A stretch of 32,000 bases of DNA from Candidatus Jordarchaeales archaeon (GCA_038889235.1 JAWAHN010000002.1:224356-256355); one strand, 5' to 3'. Shown: positions 8,643 through 18,512, counted from the first letter of the stretch. The notes: a model not told the origin generated them from the letters alone. Numbers and translations are program-made.

Positions 8643-9662
8643 TTGACTGAGCTGAGACGCGACTACTTAACTGAAAGATGGGTGGTGATTGCTAAGGAGA
8701 GGGCCATGCGTCCATCGGACTTAAAAGAAAAGGTGCAACTTGCTTCGAGCCGAGTGTGCCCTTTCTGCCCGGGAAATGAATACATGACCCTCCCAGCCAC
8801 GCTCTTATACCTCGAAAAGAATGGTAGACTTGTTGCCGAGGTTGAACACGGTGATGAAAGGTTGAAGAATTGGCTCGTTCGCGTTATTCCAAACATGTAT
8901 CCAGCACTTAGACCTAATGTAAACCCTGCTGTACACTTCAACGGGCTTTACTTTCGCGCTGTAGGGATAGGTGTGCACGAGGTTGTAATTGAAACACCAG
9001 ATCACAACCTTAACTTCTGCAACCTAGACGACCACCAGCTGAAGCTCGTTTTCAAAGCGTACACCGAAAGGTTCAGAGCCCTCGCTTCTCTTCCCTTCGT
9101 GAAGTATGTCAGTCTATTCAGGAACTATGGTGAGATCGCTGGGGCAAGTCTCTCACACCCACACTCGCAAATAATCGCCCTACCCATAGTTCCCCCAAGA
9201 ATATCTGAAGAAACCGCGTCGTTTAAGGAGAAGTGGGATGGCTCATCGTGCATCCTCGATGAAATTCTCGAGCTGGAAGCCAGCTCTGAAAGGTTCATAG
9301 AAGAAAATCACGCCGCAGTTGCTTTCTGCCCATTCGCCCCAATAACCCCATTCGAGGTTTGGGTCACCCCTAAAAGACACGTAAAAAACATGCTCGACCT
9401 TTCTGAAGGAGAAATATTCTCGTTTGCACGCTTAACGCGGAGAGTTTTGAAAGCTCTTCACGTAATCCTTGGCGACCCACCCTACAACTATGTCTTTCAC
9501 CAGTCCATTTCGGATGAAGAGTACCACATGCACTTGCGCATCCTTCCAAGACTCTCGATTTTTGGAGGGCTCGAGTTGAACACGGGAACCAGCGTAGTTA
9601 TAAACACAGTGCCACCGGAGGAGGCCGCCTCTCGTATTAGGGAGTTTCTGGAAAAAATGTAG
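8643..9662 (+). CDS. galT: Galactose-1-phosphate uridylyltransferase (class I, HIT superfamily)
   Basis: ELRRD...WV, CPFCPGNE, VIPNMYPAL, HEVVIETPDH and GASLSHPHSQ (catalytic HxHxQ). Confidence 0.9.
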   Translation: MTELRRDYLTERWVVIAKERAMRPSDLKEKVQLASSRVCPFCPGNEYMTLPATLLYLEKNGRLVAEVEHGDERLKNWLVRVIPNMYPALRPNVNPAVHFNGLYFRAVGIGVHEVVIETPDHNLNFCNLDDHQLKLVFKAYTERFRALASLPFVKYVSLFRNYGEIAGASLSHPHSQIIALPIVPPRISEETASFKEKWDGSSCILDEILELEASSERFIEENHAAVAFCPFAPITPFEVWVTPKRHVKNMLDLSEGEIFSFARLTRRVLKALHVILGDPPYNYVFHQSISDEEYHMHLRILPRLSIFGGLELNTGTSVVINTVPPEEAASRIREFLEKM

Positions 9663-9664
9663 CT

Positions 9665-11398
9665 TTAGTCCTGTAGGAAATTCTTGTCGGGGTCAAAACA
9701 TCTGAGCATATACAGCTCCTTTACCGATAGCAAACCCGCTTCCTTCACACGGTCAGAAATCCTTAGGTTCCATCCGGTCTCAGACTTTATCCTCTCTATT
9801 ACCTCTTCCCTTCCCAGCCCTTTCTGGGGGAAATATTCTGTAAGAACGAGCTCCCCACCCACTTTCTCGAGAACACCCATCGTAGTCACAACCATCGTGA
9901 CCTTTCTCCCGGGGGCAGTTATGTAGGGCACTTTCTCTACTAGTCTTAACGGTGAGTGTTTTACAAGAACAACAATCTCCTCCGCCGTTGACGCAACGTC
10001 ATTAGCGCCCCCCGAACCAACCAAGTACATCACTCCGGGTATCAACGTTGAATTTATATTACCGTATTTATCCACCTGTCCCGCTCCCAAGACACCCATG
10101 CCCTTATTATTCTCCCTCCCCATGATCGCCCCGAGAACCTGCATGCTTCCGAAAAGCCCTTTACACGTGTGGATGTTCGTCATGTTGAAAACGAACGGGT
10201 TTGCTGGGCGTGGCAGGTAGCCGTAGAATCCCACCTCTGCAACCAAGTCCACATTGTAACCTCTCTCCCTGAGCATATACGCAGCCATCCAAGCAGCGAG
10301 GTTCGCTCCGCCTATCCCAGCCAGCACAACTCTGTAACCTTTTTCGACGCATTTCTCAGCTATCTTTCTTGCCCCCACAAGTATCATTCTTTCAACGCTT
10401 GTCGGCTCCTCGCTCTTAGAAATCAACTTCTCTTTCGCCCTTAATTCATGTTTCCACGAATCGCTCTTAGCCTTCCCCACAAGGTAGAAAAGTCTTTCAA
10501 AACCGAGCTTCTTCAAGTACCCTTCGTGGTCAACGCTTAAAATCCACTCTTCAACCCACTTGTGTAGCTTTTCCTCGCTCTCCGTAGCCCTCCTAAAGTC
10601 AACTATAAAGTCATAATCCTCAGCGTATCCTCCCCCGAAGCTCTCTGGTACGTAGAAAGCTGATGGGTGTGCACCAAAAGGAGCCTCCACGACAGCCCTC
10701 ACCAAATATCCCGGTATGCGAACTAAATGTGCGTTCCGCATTATAAACTCTCTCTCAACGATCTTCTCGACAGTAACTATGACACCACCTTTGCTCGCGT
10801 AAGCTCCCCAGGGAATAACCCCCTCGGCAGACGGGGGAAACATGATGGTGTTCCCTTCGCGGTCAGCACACCACCCATGATACACCGAAACGTCCGGTTT
10901 GATCCCCCTAACAACCCCAACCGCTCTGCCAGTAAATGGGTCCTTAACGAACTTGAACCCCTCGTTTTCCTCCATACTTGAACCTGCTATTGATTTAGTT
11001 GGCATAAACTCCAAGTCGAGAGCGCCGGCCATCAAACTTTGACATATAGTTAGGATAGACCAGTTCTCGAACTTAACACTACCGCTAATGTAGCTCTTTT
11101 GAATCACAGGTGATGGTGCTGGAGACGGGTAAACGTGTCCCGCGTAAGAAGTTATCACCTCGCTTACTAATCCTCCATAAACTGGAAGCTCAATGTTTAT
11201 CCCTCCGCCAAGCGTGAGCAGCCTGAAACCCGGCTTCTTCCCCCAGAAAACCCTGCACAACTCGTAGCAGAAACAGTATGGTAAAGTATTAGTGGCTCCA
11301 ATATGGATAAGTGAACCGGGCTTAACGAAACTTTCCACGGCATCCTTAATACTCATCAACTTGTTTTCTCCTTCAAATTCCACTTTAAATAAGTCCAT
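9665..11398 (-). CDS. Family I CoA-transferase, fused alpha+beta (glutaconate CoA-transferase-like)
   Basis: Alpha half: FENWS, LDLEFMPTKS, HGWCADREGN, TVEKIV, EAPFGAHPS. Beta half: AEVG (candidate catalytic Glu), GAGQVDKYGNINST, GSGGANDVAS. Start set at MDLFK behind a GGGGTG RBS. Confidence 0.85.
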   Translation of the reverse strand: MDLFKVEFEGENKLMSIKDAVESFVKPGSLIHIGATNTLPYCFCYELCRVFWGKKPGFRLLTLGGGINIELPVYGGLVSEVITSYAGHVYPSPAPSPVIQKSYISGSVKFENWSILTICQSLMAGALDLEFMPTKSIAGSSMEENEGFKFVKDPFTGRAVGVVRGIKPDVSVYHGWCADREGNTIMFPPSAEGVIPWGAYASKGGVIVTVEKIVEREFIMRNAHLVRIPGYLVRAVVEAPFGAHPSAFYVPESFGGGYAEDYDFIVDFRRATESEEKLHKWVEEWILSVDHEGYLKKLGFERLFYLVGKAKSDSWKHELRAKEKLISKSEEPTSVERMILVGARKIAEKCVEKGYRVVLAGIGGANLAAWMAAYMLRERGYNVDLVAEVGFYGYLPRPANPFVFNMTNIHTCKGLFGSMQVLGAIMGRENNKGMGVLGAGQVDKYGNINSTLIPGVMYLVGSGGANDVASTAEEIVVLVKHSPLRLVEKVPYITAPGRKVTMVVTTMGVLEKVGGELVLTEYFPQKGLGREEVIERIKSETGWNLRISDRVKEAGLLSVKELYMLRCFDPDKNFLQD

Positions 11399-11485
11399 CA
11401 AGCGAGAACACCCCACTTTCGAAAATCAAAAACTACTTCGTGTTAGAGTCGTTTCGCAAAAAGTCGACTCCAGTCTGAGCGCTAT

Positions 11486-11779
11486 CTAAATTCTAAACTC
11501 GCACCTACAGGGCTTTTGATTGCAGCGAGGGCACTTCATAGGGTACTTCTTTATAGCGGCTTCCTCGATATCCACGTTCAAGACGTTGGCTAGTGACGCA
11601 AGCCAAGCAAAGACGTCAGCGATCTCTTCCTCAATTTTACCCTTGTCGCCGCTCTTGATAGCTCGTGCTAGCTCGCCTACTTCGCTGACGAGCCAAATAA
11701 AATTCTGCGGAACCCCTCTTCTAGAATCATTCTCAAAGTATAACTCGTACATTAACCTTTGAAACTCTTTGATCTCCAA
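11486..11779 (-). CDS. MazG-like nucleotide pyrophosphohydrolase
   Basis: WLVSEVGELA...EEEIADVFAWL, C-terminal CPRC..PCRC typical of short archaeal MazG-like proteins, GGAGGAG RBS. Confidence 0.85.
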   Translation of the reverse strand: MEIKEFQRLMYELYFENDSRRGVPQNFIWLVSEVGELARAIKSGDKGKIEEEIADVFAWLASLANVLNVDIEEAAIKKYPMKCPRCNQKPCRCEFRI

Positions 11780-11930
11780 GAGATCTCCTCCTGCACCTTT
11801 CTCCTAAAGTCCAGAAAGCACACAAAACTTTTAGTTCTTTATCCTACCAGAGTCACACGGCCACCGACACAAGCTTTACTCTTCCCCTCAGGGAAGGATT
11901 TCAGGTGACACTGCTCAATAAAATTGGGTG

Positions 11931-12857
11931 TTAGAGTGTTTCAAACGCTTTCTGCAGTGGTGGGATCACTTCTTTTTTCCTCGACATGACGCCCTCCAAA
12001 TATACTGAACCATCCTTAACTTTCTTTCCAAATGCTTTCTCAACCATGTCGAGCCTTTCACCTACGGCTAACAGCTCTGTACCTTCCTTTATGATGTCTG
12101 TGAGCATCATTAGGACCAGTCCATATTTTCCTTCGCGCATCTTTTTCTCCATTTCCTCGAGAATCTCTTTCTTCATTTCCAGCGCTTCCTGCAAGTCGAA
12201 CACTTCAACCTGCCCGACGCCTACCTTCACTCCTTTGAACTCATAATCTTTAAAGTCTGCCATTAATACTTCCGCAGCGCTTTTACCCTTGAGGCTGGCC
12301 TTAGCTTTCTTAACCTCAATCCCAAACTTTTCTGGGTCCACTTGAACTATCTCAGCAAGCTTTAATGCCATCTCTTTGTCAATCGGAGTACAAGTAGCCG
12401 ACTTAAATACAACGGTATCAGATAGTATCGCGGCAAGCAATATTCCCGCTATTTCGCGCGGGATTTTAATCCCTCTCTCAAAGTACTTTTTCGCTATCAA
12501 CGTAGCTGTCGCTCCAACAGGTTCAACGTGGAACAGTATGGGCTCACGGTACCTGAAATCTATCTTATGGTGGTCGAGAACTTCAACTATTTCCGCCTCC
12601 TCTATTCCATCAACAGCCTGAGCGAACTCGTTGTGGTCTACGAGAATAAGCTTCTTCCCTTTCGCGCTCCTCAAAAGAGGCGGGACTTCAACCTTGAAGT
12701 ACTTTAGAACGTACTCGGTTTCAGGATTTATTTCGTCAGCCCTAACCGCTTCAGCTTCTATACCTTCAACGTCCCTCTTGAACCTAGCGTAGGCTATCGC
12801 CGAGCACACAGAGTCTGTATCTGGAGCCTTATGCCCCACAACGTAAATATTCACCAC
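11931..12857 (-). CDS. ppaC: Manganese-dependent inorganic pyrophosphatase (family II, DHH)
   Basis: GHKAPDTDS, LVDHNE, VLDHH, AILSDT and GVMSRKK motifs. Confidence 0.95.
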   Translation of the reverse strand: MVNIYVVGHKAPDTDSVCSAIAYARFKRDVEGIEAEAVRADEINPETEYVLKYFKVEVPPLLRSAKGKKLILVDHNEFAQAVDGIEEAEIVEVLDHHKIDFRYREPILFHVEPVGATATLIAKKYFERGIKIPREIAGILLAAILSDTVVFKSATCTPIDKEMALKLAEIVQVDPEKFGIEVKKAKASLKGKSAAEVLMADFKDYEFKGVKVGVGQVEVFDLQEALEMKKEILEEMEKKMREGKYGLVLMMLTDIIKEGTELLAVGERLDMVEKAFGKKVKDGSVYLEGVMSRKKEVIPPLQKAFETL

Positions 12858-12900
12858 CCGAGACCCCTCCTAACAATCTAAAAAGCACTCGCTTCTACGT

Positions 12901-14352
12901 CTATAAATTAGTTTTCATTCCGTCGACATTGGACTTGGAGTAGGCTGAGCTTCGGCCGATTCTTTCCTCAGCCTCACCCTTAAGTCTCAAGGCCTTGATC
13001 ATCTGCACTGCCTCTTCAACTGTGTGAGCAACGGGGATCCCGTTCAACTCAAACCCTTCAACAATCATCTGGTATTTCTGAACCCACGGCACGTAAGCGA
13101 CGACGGGCTTCCTATACTTTCTGACTATGCTTGCAGCCCTACGGCCAAGCTGCATGCTGATAGTTGGCGGATAGGGTAACATCAACAGTATGACTGCTTC
13201 GACCTTTTCATTTTGCATAAGATACTCTGTCACTTTCTCAACGTCGTTGTCAACCAGGCTGCCTGTCAGATCTATGGGGTTCTTTAAGCTAGCTATCGGG
13301 GCCGCTGAGGGGTTCAAAAGTCTTCTCATTTCCTCCTGTTCTTCCTCCGTGAACTCAACGAGTCTCAACCCGTACTTCGCGCACAGATCCGCGCAAAGCA
13401 CTCCATGACCGCCGGAGATTGTTAGTATCGCTACATCCCCTCTTTTTATCGACGGTAGCCTGAATGAAAGCACCTTGCTGAACGTTATTATTTCGTACTC
13501 GTTTTCCGCCTCTATTATCCCCCACTGTTTAAACGCTGCCGACGCAATGCCTGAGGATGACAACATGGAGCCCGTGTGACTGGCAGTTGCCCGCTTCCCA
13601 TACTCACTTTTACCCGCCTTAAAAACTATAACGGGCTTCTTCTCGAAGCATTCCGCCGCCTTTCTGAGAAATATCGTTCCCTCGCCCTCCCTGAACCCTT
13701 CAAGGTACACTGTTATTAGCTTTGTTCTAGGGTCGTCTTTGAGGTAATCTAGTAAAACGTTTTCATCTACCACCGCCTTGTTTCCAACGCTCACCGCCAC
13801 CGAAACCCCTATCTTCCTCTCAGCATACTTGCTGAAGAACTGGTCTACGAGCACTCCTCCAGACTGACTGATGACGGCGACATTTCCAGGTGGGGGCGCG
13901 ACAAGCCTCTCGCTTGGAAGGAAAAACGTGTCAACGAAAGGGGGACTGTAAACTCCTACACAGTTTGGCCCTATCACCGCCATATCGTACTTCCTAGCTA
14001 TTTTGACGAGCTTGTTCTGCCTCTCAACACCTTCTCCTCCGACCTCAGCGAACCCTCCTGAAACGACCACAGCACCTTTAACACCCACCTCACCGCACTC
14101 CTCCAATACATCGTTGACGAGCTCGGCGGGTAGACATACAACGGCGAGGTCTATGTCCTCTGGCACATCTGCAATTGAAGGGTAAATTTCCTTATCGTCA
14201 AGGGTCCCCCCACGAGGGTTGACACCGTAGACGCGCACCTCCATTTCGTACAAATTCTTGTAATAGATTACCGTCCCAGGGCTGAGTGGATTGGTCAGCG
14301 AGACGCCTATCACACACAGGGTCCTAGGTTGGAAGACCGCTCTCAGGTCCAA
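12901..14352 (-). CDS. ADP-forming acyl-CoA synthetase (acetate-CoA ligase) alpha-type subunit
   Basis: N-terminal CoA-binding domain (VIGVS, SGGFAE, IGPNCVG), SQSGG, ASHTG (phospho-His), ISGGHG and NPIDLTG. No ATP-grasp beta domain. Confidence 0.88.
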   Translation of the reverse strand: MDLRAVFQPRTLCVIGVSLTNPLSPGTVIYYKNLYEMEVRVYGVNPRGGTLDDKEIYPSIADVPEDIDLAVVCLPAELVNDVLEECGEVGVKGAVVVSGGFAEVGGEGVERQNKLVKIARKYDMAVIGPNCVGVYSPPFVDTFFLPSERLVAPPPGNVAVISQSGGVLVDQFFSKYAERKIGVSVAVSVGNKAVVDENVLLDYLKDDPRTKLITVYLEGFREGEGTIFLRKAAECFEKKPVIVFKAGKSEYGKRATASHTGSMLSSSGIASAAFKQWGIIEAENEYEIITFSKVLSFRLPSIKRGDVAILTISGGHGVLCADLCAKYGLRLVEFTEEEQEEMRRLLNPSAAPIASLKNPIDLTGSLVDNDVEKVTEYLMQNEKVEAVILLMLPYPPTISMQLGRRAASIVRKYRKPVVAYVPWVQKYQMIVEGFELNGIPVAHTVEEAVQMIKALRLKGEAEERIGRSSAYSKSNVDGMKTNL

Positions 14353-14448
14353 ATAAGCACACCACCTGAAATCTAGGAGACCTGAGTACCCAGGAGAACA
14401 TAAGGTTTAACCCATCTTCTTTTGAATATTGCCTGGTGGTGTGCTCAT

Positions 14449-15192
14449 ATGCCTACTGAAATCCTTGTAGGGTGTTGCGGTTTTCCTTCGGGAGTAAAAC
14501 GTTACGTGAAAGAGTTCAAACTAACCGAGGTACAGAAGACGTTCTACAAGCCTCCTTCACCCGAAACTCTTAAATCGTGGCGGGCACTGGCGCCGTCAGA
14601 CTTCGAGTTCACGGTTAAAGCGTGGCAGGTGATAACACACCCTCCAACCTCCCCAACCTATAAGAAGGCTGGGTTAAAGTTTGACCCAAAGTCGGAAGTG
14701 GGCTTTTTCAAGCCGACGCGCGACGTTTTCGAAGCTTGGGAGAAAACGCGTGAATCTTGCAGCATTCTGGAGGCAAAGGTCTGCGTTTTTCAGACCCCGC
14801 CGAGCTTCAAAGAAAGCCAAGAAAACATAAACAATATGAAAGAGTTCTTCTCATCCATAAATTCCAAAGGAATTACACTCGCATGGGAACCCAGAGGGTG
14901 GAACGCCGAAACCGTTAGAAGCCTGTGCGTCGAGCTCGGTTTAATCCATGTCACAGACCCATTCGCCTCCATGCCATCTCTAGAGCGCGAAATATCTTAC
15001 TTCAGGCTTCATGGTTCGCCTCCGGGGGAAAAGCTCTACAACTACCGTTACACGAAAGACGACCTTAACCAGCTCGCCGAAAAATTGAAACTTCTGAGGG
15101 GACGCGTCTACGTGCTTTTCAACAACATCTGGATGCGTGATGATGCCTCAGCGTTCATGGAGGTTCTCAAGGAAAGATTTGGCGTGAACTAG
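14449..15192 (+). CDS. DUF72 family protein
   Basis: VGCCGF, EVQKTFY, FEFTVKAWQVITH, FQTPPSF, AWEPRG, YFRLHG and YVLFNN. Start at MPTEI behind a GGTGGTG RBS. Confidence 0.9.
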   Translation: MPTEILVGCCGFPSGVKRYVKEFKLTEVQKTFYKPPSPETLKSWRALAPSDFEFTVKAWQVITHPPTSPTYKKAGLKFDPKSEVGFFKPTRDVFEAWEKTRESCSILEAKVCVFQTPPSFKESQENINNMKEFFSSINSKGITLAWEPRGWNAETVRSLCVELGLIHVTDPFASMPSLEREISYFRLHGSPPGEKLYNYRYTKDDLNQLAEKLKLLRGRVYVLFNNIWMRDDASAFMEVLKERFGVN

Positions 15193-15283
15193 CGTCGCGC
15201 AGCCCGCCACCACGGCACCGACTCTTTGCCTCAAGGTGGTATGACTCGCCATCCCTCATAGGACAATCTGTCACTCTGCGCTC

Positions 15284-16453
15284 CTAAAAGCTAAAGTCAA
15301 GTTTAACTTGCTTTGGCATGCAAGGTGTCATGCACGAGTCACAGTTTCCGTAGCAGTTCTCAATAGGCGTAAATTTACCATCTTTTCTCTTAACTGGCGG
15401 GAAAGAGAATCCTTCACACTTGTCTCCTATCCAAAGGTCATTCATGCCTTCCATGCAAAGTCCGTAAGTGGTTTTTGCGCCTGACTCTACGATGATATCC
15501 CTTATCAGCTTAAGTTTTTCAAACCTGTACCTCCAGTCTACCACACGGTAACCTGAAATAACGCCGCCTCTGGCGAAAAGCTCCTCATACTTTTCGACGA
15601 GCCACCCGGCATCGTTCTCCCTAAACCAGAAGTAGAGGTACTCTTTGTGGCTCGTTGACGCCACTCTTATCCCCACGAAGCTCCCAACGACATGGTCTAC
15701 CCCTAGGTCTAAAGCTAGCCACGTTAGCTCCTTCACCTGCTCAGCACTGTCGGTTAGGAAAGGCAAATGTGGGTCCTCCCTAAGAACGGTGAACACCCCG
15801 TAGTCCTTCGCCTTCTCGATGTTTTTCACTCTTTGCTTAGGAGAAGGCGCATTTGGCTCGATGAAGCGGGAGACTTCCTCATCCAACGTGTTAAGAGAGA
15901 CTTGTAAAGCGAAAAACGGGTACCCTTCGACCACTTCGAGGAGTTTAAGCGGCACAATTCCCTTCGTCACTATATAAAATGGTATCTGCTCGTTGACAAA
16001 GAACTCTGCCAGTTTAACGGTTAGCTCCGCCAGCTCCCTTGTAGCAAGGGGGTCACTCACCGGAGACATATAGACTGGCTTTACGACGCGTGCGCTGCGA
16101 ACAAACCTCTTAACGCTCTCCAGAATCCCCCTCCTCGAAAAGAAGATACCGTGAGGTGGGGATGAAGGCATAGCCCTAGCGTAGCAGTAAACACACTCAT
16201 GGGGGCAGCCGTCTGTAAGGTTAAGCGAATACCTGCTTCTCAAACACTTCATGTTCGCAGTCTTCAACGGTTCTCCCTCAAAATTTCTTTCAACACACAG
16301 AAACGGAATCTGCCCCTCTCTCCTCCAGTAGTTCAAAAAACACTCAGAGTGAAGACCAAAACTAACATCGCCGACCTTAACAGGCTTATCCAAAACCCCA
16401 CCACAGACATAGCACTCATCCGGAACAAAGCGCCAAACCCAGCTAAGGCGCAT
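15284..16453 (-). CDS. Radical SAM protein, spore-photoproduct-lyase-like (COG1533-type)
   Basis: SLNLTDGCPHECVYCYA (CxxxCxxC), MSPVSDP, IVTKG and IEPNAPSPKQR. Confidence 0.8.
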   Translation of the reverse strand: MRLSWVWRFVPDECYVCGGVLDKPVKVGDVSFGLHSECFLNYWRREGQIPFLCVERNFEGEPLKTANMKCLRSRYSLNLTDGCPHECVYCYARAMPSSPPHGIFFSRRGILESVKRFVRSARVVKPVYMSPVSDPLATRELAELTVKLAEFFVNEQIPFYIVTKGIVPLKLLEVVEGYPFFALQVSLNTLDEEVSRFIEPNAPSPKQRVKNIEKAKDYGVFTVLREDPHLPFLTDSAEQVKELTWLALDLGVDHVVGSFVGIRVASTSHKEYLYFWFRENDAGWLVEKYEELFARGGVISGYRVVDWRYRFEKLKLIRDIIVESGAKTTYGLCMEGMNDLWIGDKCEGFSFPPVKRKDGKFTPIENCYGNCDSCMTPCMPKQVKLDFSF

Positions 16454-16566
16454 ACTTCACCAGGAAACCTCCCTAAAGCTCAACGACATGTACTCTACAA
16501 CTAAACAAAAGTAAATCGACGCTTTAAATTAAACCCTAAGAAGCCCCTTAACCTAAAAGCGGAAAA

Positions 16567-17298
16567 TTAGTAGATGTATGTCTGGAATTCTCCCTCGCTC
16601 CTCCCGCACTCCTCTCTTACGTTTTCCTCTACTTCCTCCTCGTCCACTTCCACAGGCAAGCCGAGGTAGTTTTTAAGCGTGCTTAGAAGCAACTTAGCCG
16701 CTTCAGTGTCAGCTTTTCCTGTCATGGCAGCCTTACTATCAACCTTCGAAAGAAGAATTACCCCATCAATCCCGTATCTTTCCTTAGCTATCACAGGAAC
16801 CAAGCCATTCGCTCCCACTATTTCCCCCTTCGGCATTTTTTCAAGCTTCTCCATGTCAGGCAACTCAAGCCCACTTGTACTGGTGAAATAAATTTTTCTT
16901 TCGCCATTCTCACAGTCTGAAAGGTATCCTCCCAAAGTTACCAGGAATTTAACTTTAAAGTCAGCCATCAGCTTAGCTATTTGCTCGGAGAGAGCGTATA
17001 TGCCCGGCGCAGTCATCGGCTGGTCGTCTCCCGTAACGAGAAGCAAGCTTCTCCCATTATCGGGACTATTCCAGATGTAAACCTGAACCTGAGGAGGCCT
17101 TACGACGCCATCCTCTACTATAACCATCGGCGGCATGTCCGTGAACTCCATTTCGATTATCTTCTCAGCGTTTAGCTTCTTGACCAGCTTTTTAACAACT
17201 ACAGCTCCGACCTCTGTTATGTCTGGAAGAGCATGGACGCATATAGCTCCCTCAACCTTTCGCTTCGGGTTAACTTCCTTCACGGTTATTTCATACAT
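16567..17298 (-). CDS. PAC2 family proteasome assembly chaperone
   Basis: ALPDITEVG (degenerate GLPGxGxVG), LLVTGDDQP, LVTLGGY, GEIVGANGL and ADTEAAK, plus an acidic tail. Confidence 0.8.
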   Translation of the reverse strand: MYEITVKEVNPKRKVEGAICVHALPDITEVGAVVVKKLVKKLNAEKIIEMEFTDMPPMVIVEDGVVRPPQVQVYIWNSPDNGRSLLLVTGDDQPMTAPGIYALSEQIAKLMADFKVKFLVTLGGYLSDCENGERKIYFTSTSGLELPDMEKLEKMPKGEIVGANGLVPVIAKERYGIDGVILLSKVDSKAAMTGKADTEAAKLLLSTLKNYLGLPVEVDEEEVEENVREECGRSEGEFQTYIY

Positions 17299-17504
17299 GA
17301 CTCCTCACCGTTCCAGTGGAAATAGACCCAAACTACCAAAATAACTTTTTAATATTTTCATTATTTAAGCCCACCTATTACCAGAGTATTATAAGTTTCG
17401 CTTGAATTTAGAGTCAACACGAGCGGAGCATGTAATCCAACCTATTTAAAAAATGACACTTTCAGTAATAGTAGCCAGAAAATACTAACAGAACTGGGGG
17501 TTAA

Positions 17505-18032
17505 TTACTGGACCACAACGTTCTCCGCAACTTTAAACTTCTTTATAGCCTCTCTAGCGGCAAGCTCGAACGCTGCCCCCACGTTCACATTGTTTTTTGC
17601 GCTCGTCTCAACGTGATGGGCAACCCCATACTTCTCCATAAAATCTGCCACATCTTCAACAGAAACCCTTCTTTCCAGGTCACATTTTGATCCAACTAAG
17701 ATAACCGGTATATCCCCCGCGTTATTCCTCGTCAGTAAGAGCCATTCCTTCAGATTTAAGAAGGACTCAATCCTGGAAACATCGTATACGAGTAGGGCGA
17801 CATGTGCTCCCTTACAGAAGTCGGGAAGAATTTCCCTGAACCGCTCCTCCCCACCAAAATCCCATATCATGAGGGTAACGTTTTCTCCATCGATTTCAAG
17901 CGTTTTCTTATCGAAAGCCACGCCTATAGTCATCTTCGTATCAGTATAATTCCCGTCGCAATACCTTCTCACGAGACTGGTTTTTCCAACTCCTCCATCT
18001 CCCTCCACAAGAACTTTAACTATAACCGCCAC
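17505..18032 (-). CDS. Ras-superfamily small GTPase, Rab-like
   Basis: G1 GDGGVGKTS, G2 TIG, G3 WDFGGEERF, G4 GSKCD, G5 ETSAK. GAGGTGG RBS. Confidence 0.92.
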   Translation of the reverse strand: MAVIVKVLVEGDGGVGKTSLVRRYCDGNYTDTKMTIGVAFDKKTLEIDGENVTLMIWDFGGEERFREILPDFCKGAHVALLVYDVSRIESFLNLKEWLLLTRNNAGDIPVILVGSKCDLERRVSVEDVADFMEKYGVAHHVETSAKNNVNVGAAFELAAREAIKKFKVAENVVVQ

Positions 18033-18288
18033 AATACCACCTCAAAGACAGCGACCCTACTACCGACAATCACGGCGTGATGCATTATATGATATAGTCA
18101 CTGACTCATTTAAAAATTTTTGTTTAAGGCACTATAAGAATGAATTTTTTCGCAATATAAATCAAACTTACCGCAAAAATGAGCTTAAAACAAGGTGTTA
18201 ATCGAAATATTCTTAACAAAAATAGATTCAAAAGGAAACTCTAAAACATTTATGGAAGAAGTCCCTTATTTTAGGAGCGGTGGTCTAA

Positions 18289-18435
18289 TTGAGTGAATGT
18301 CCAAGATGTAAATCAAACAGCGTGAAGCTTGGAAGCAATGTTATAATACAGATTGGAAAGACGCGCTCGAAGAAAGTTGATGTACTAGAATGTACGAAGT
18401 GCGGTTTAGTCTTCTACGAATCCTCAAAGGAGTGA
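18289..18435 (+). CDS. Small Zn-ribbon protein (48 aa), not in ORF track
   Basis: Manual translation gives MSECPRCKSNSVKLGSNVIIQIGKTRSKKVDVLECTKCGLVFYESSKE (CxxC...CxxC). GGAGCGGTGG RBS before the TTG start. Confidence 0.75.
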   Translation: MSECPRCKSNSVKLGSNVIIQIGKTRSKKVDVLECTKCGLVFYESSKE

Positions 18436-18463
18436 AACTATCAAAGCAGCTTAACTTTCGCTC

Positions 18464-18481
18464 TTTTTTTTTTAAAAAAAA
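18464..18481. terminator. Probable bidirectional oligo-T terminator (T10 followed by A8)
   Basis: Lies between convergent genes (Zn-ribbon + and crotonase -) and gives an oligo-T run on each strand. Archaeal intrinsic termination uses oligo-T. Confidence 0.55.
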
Positions 18482-18512
18482 GGAAATATAGTTTGGTGGT
18501 TTGAAGGCTTGA

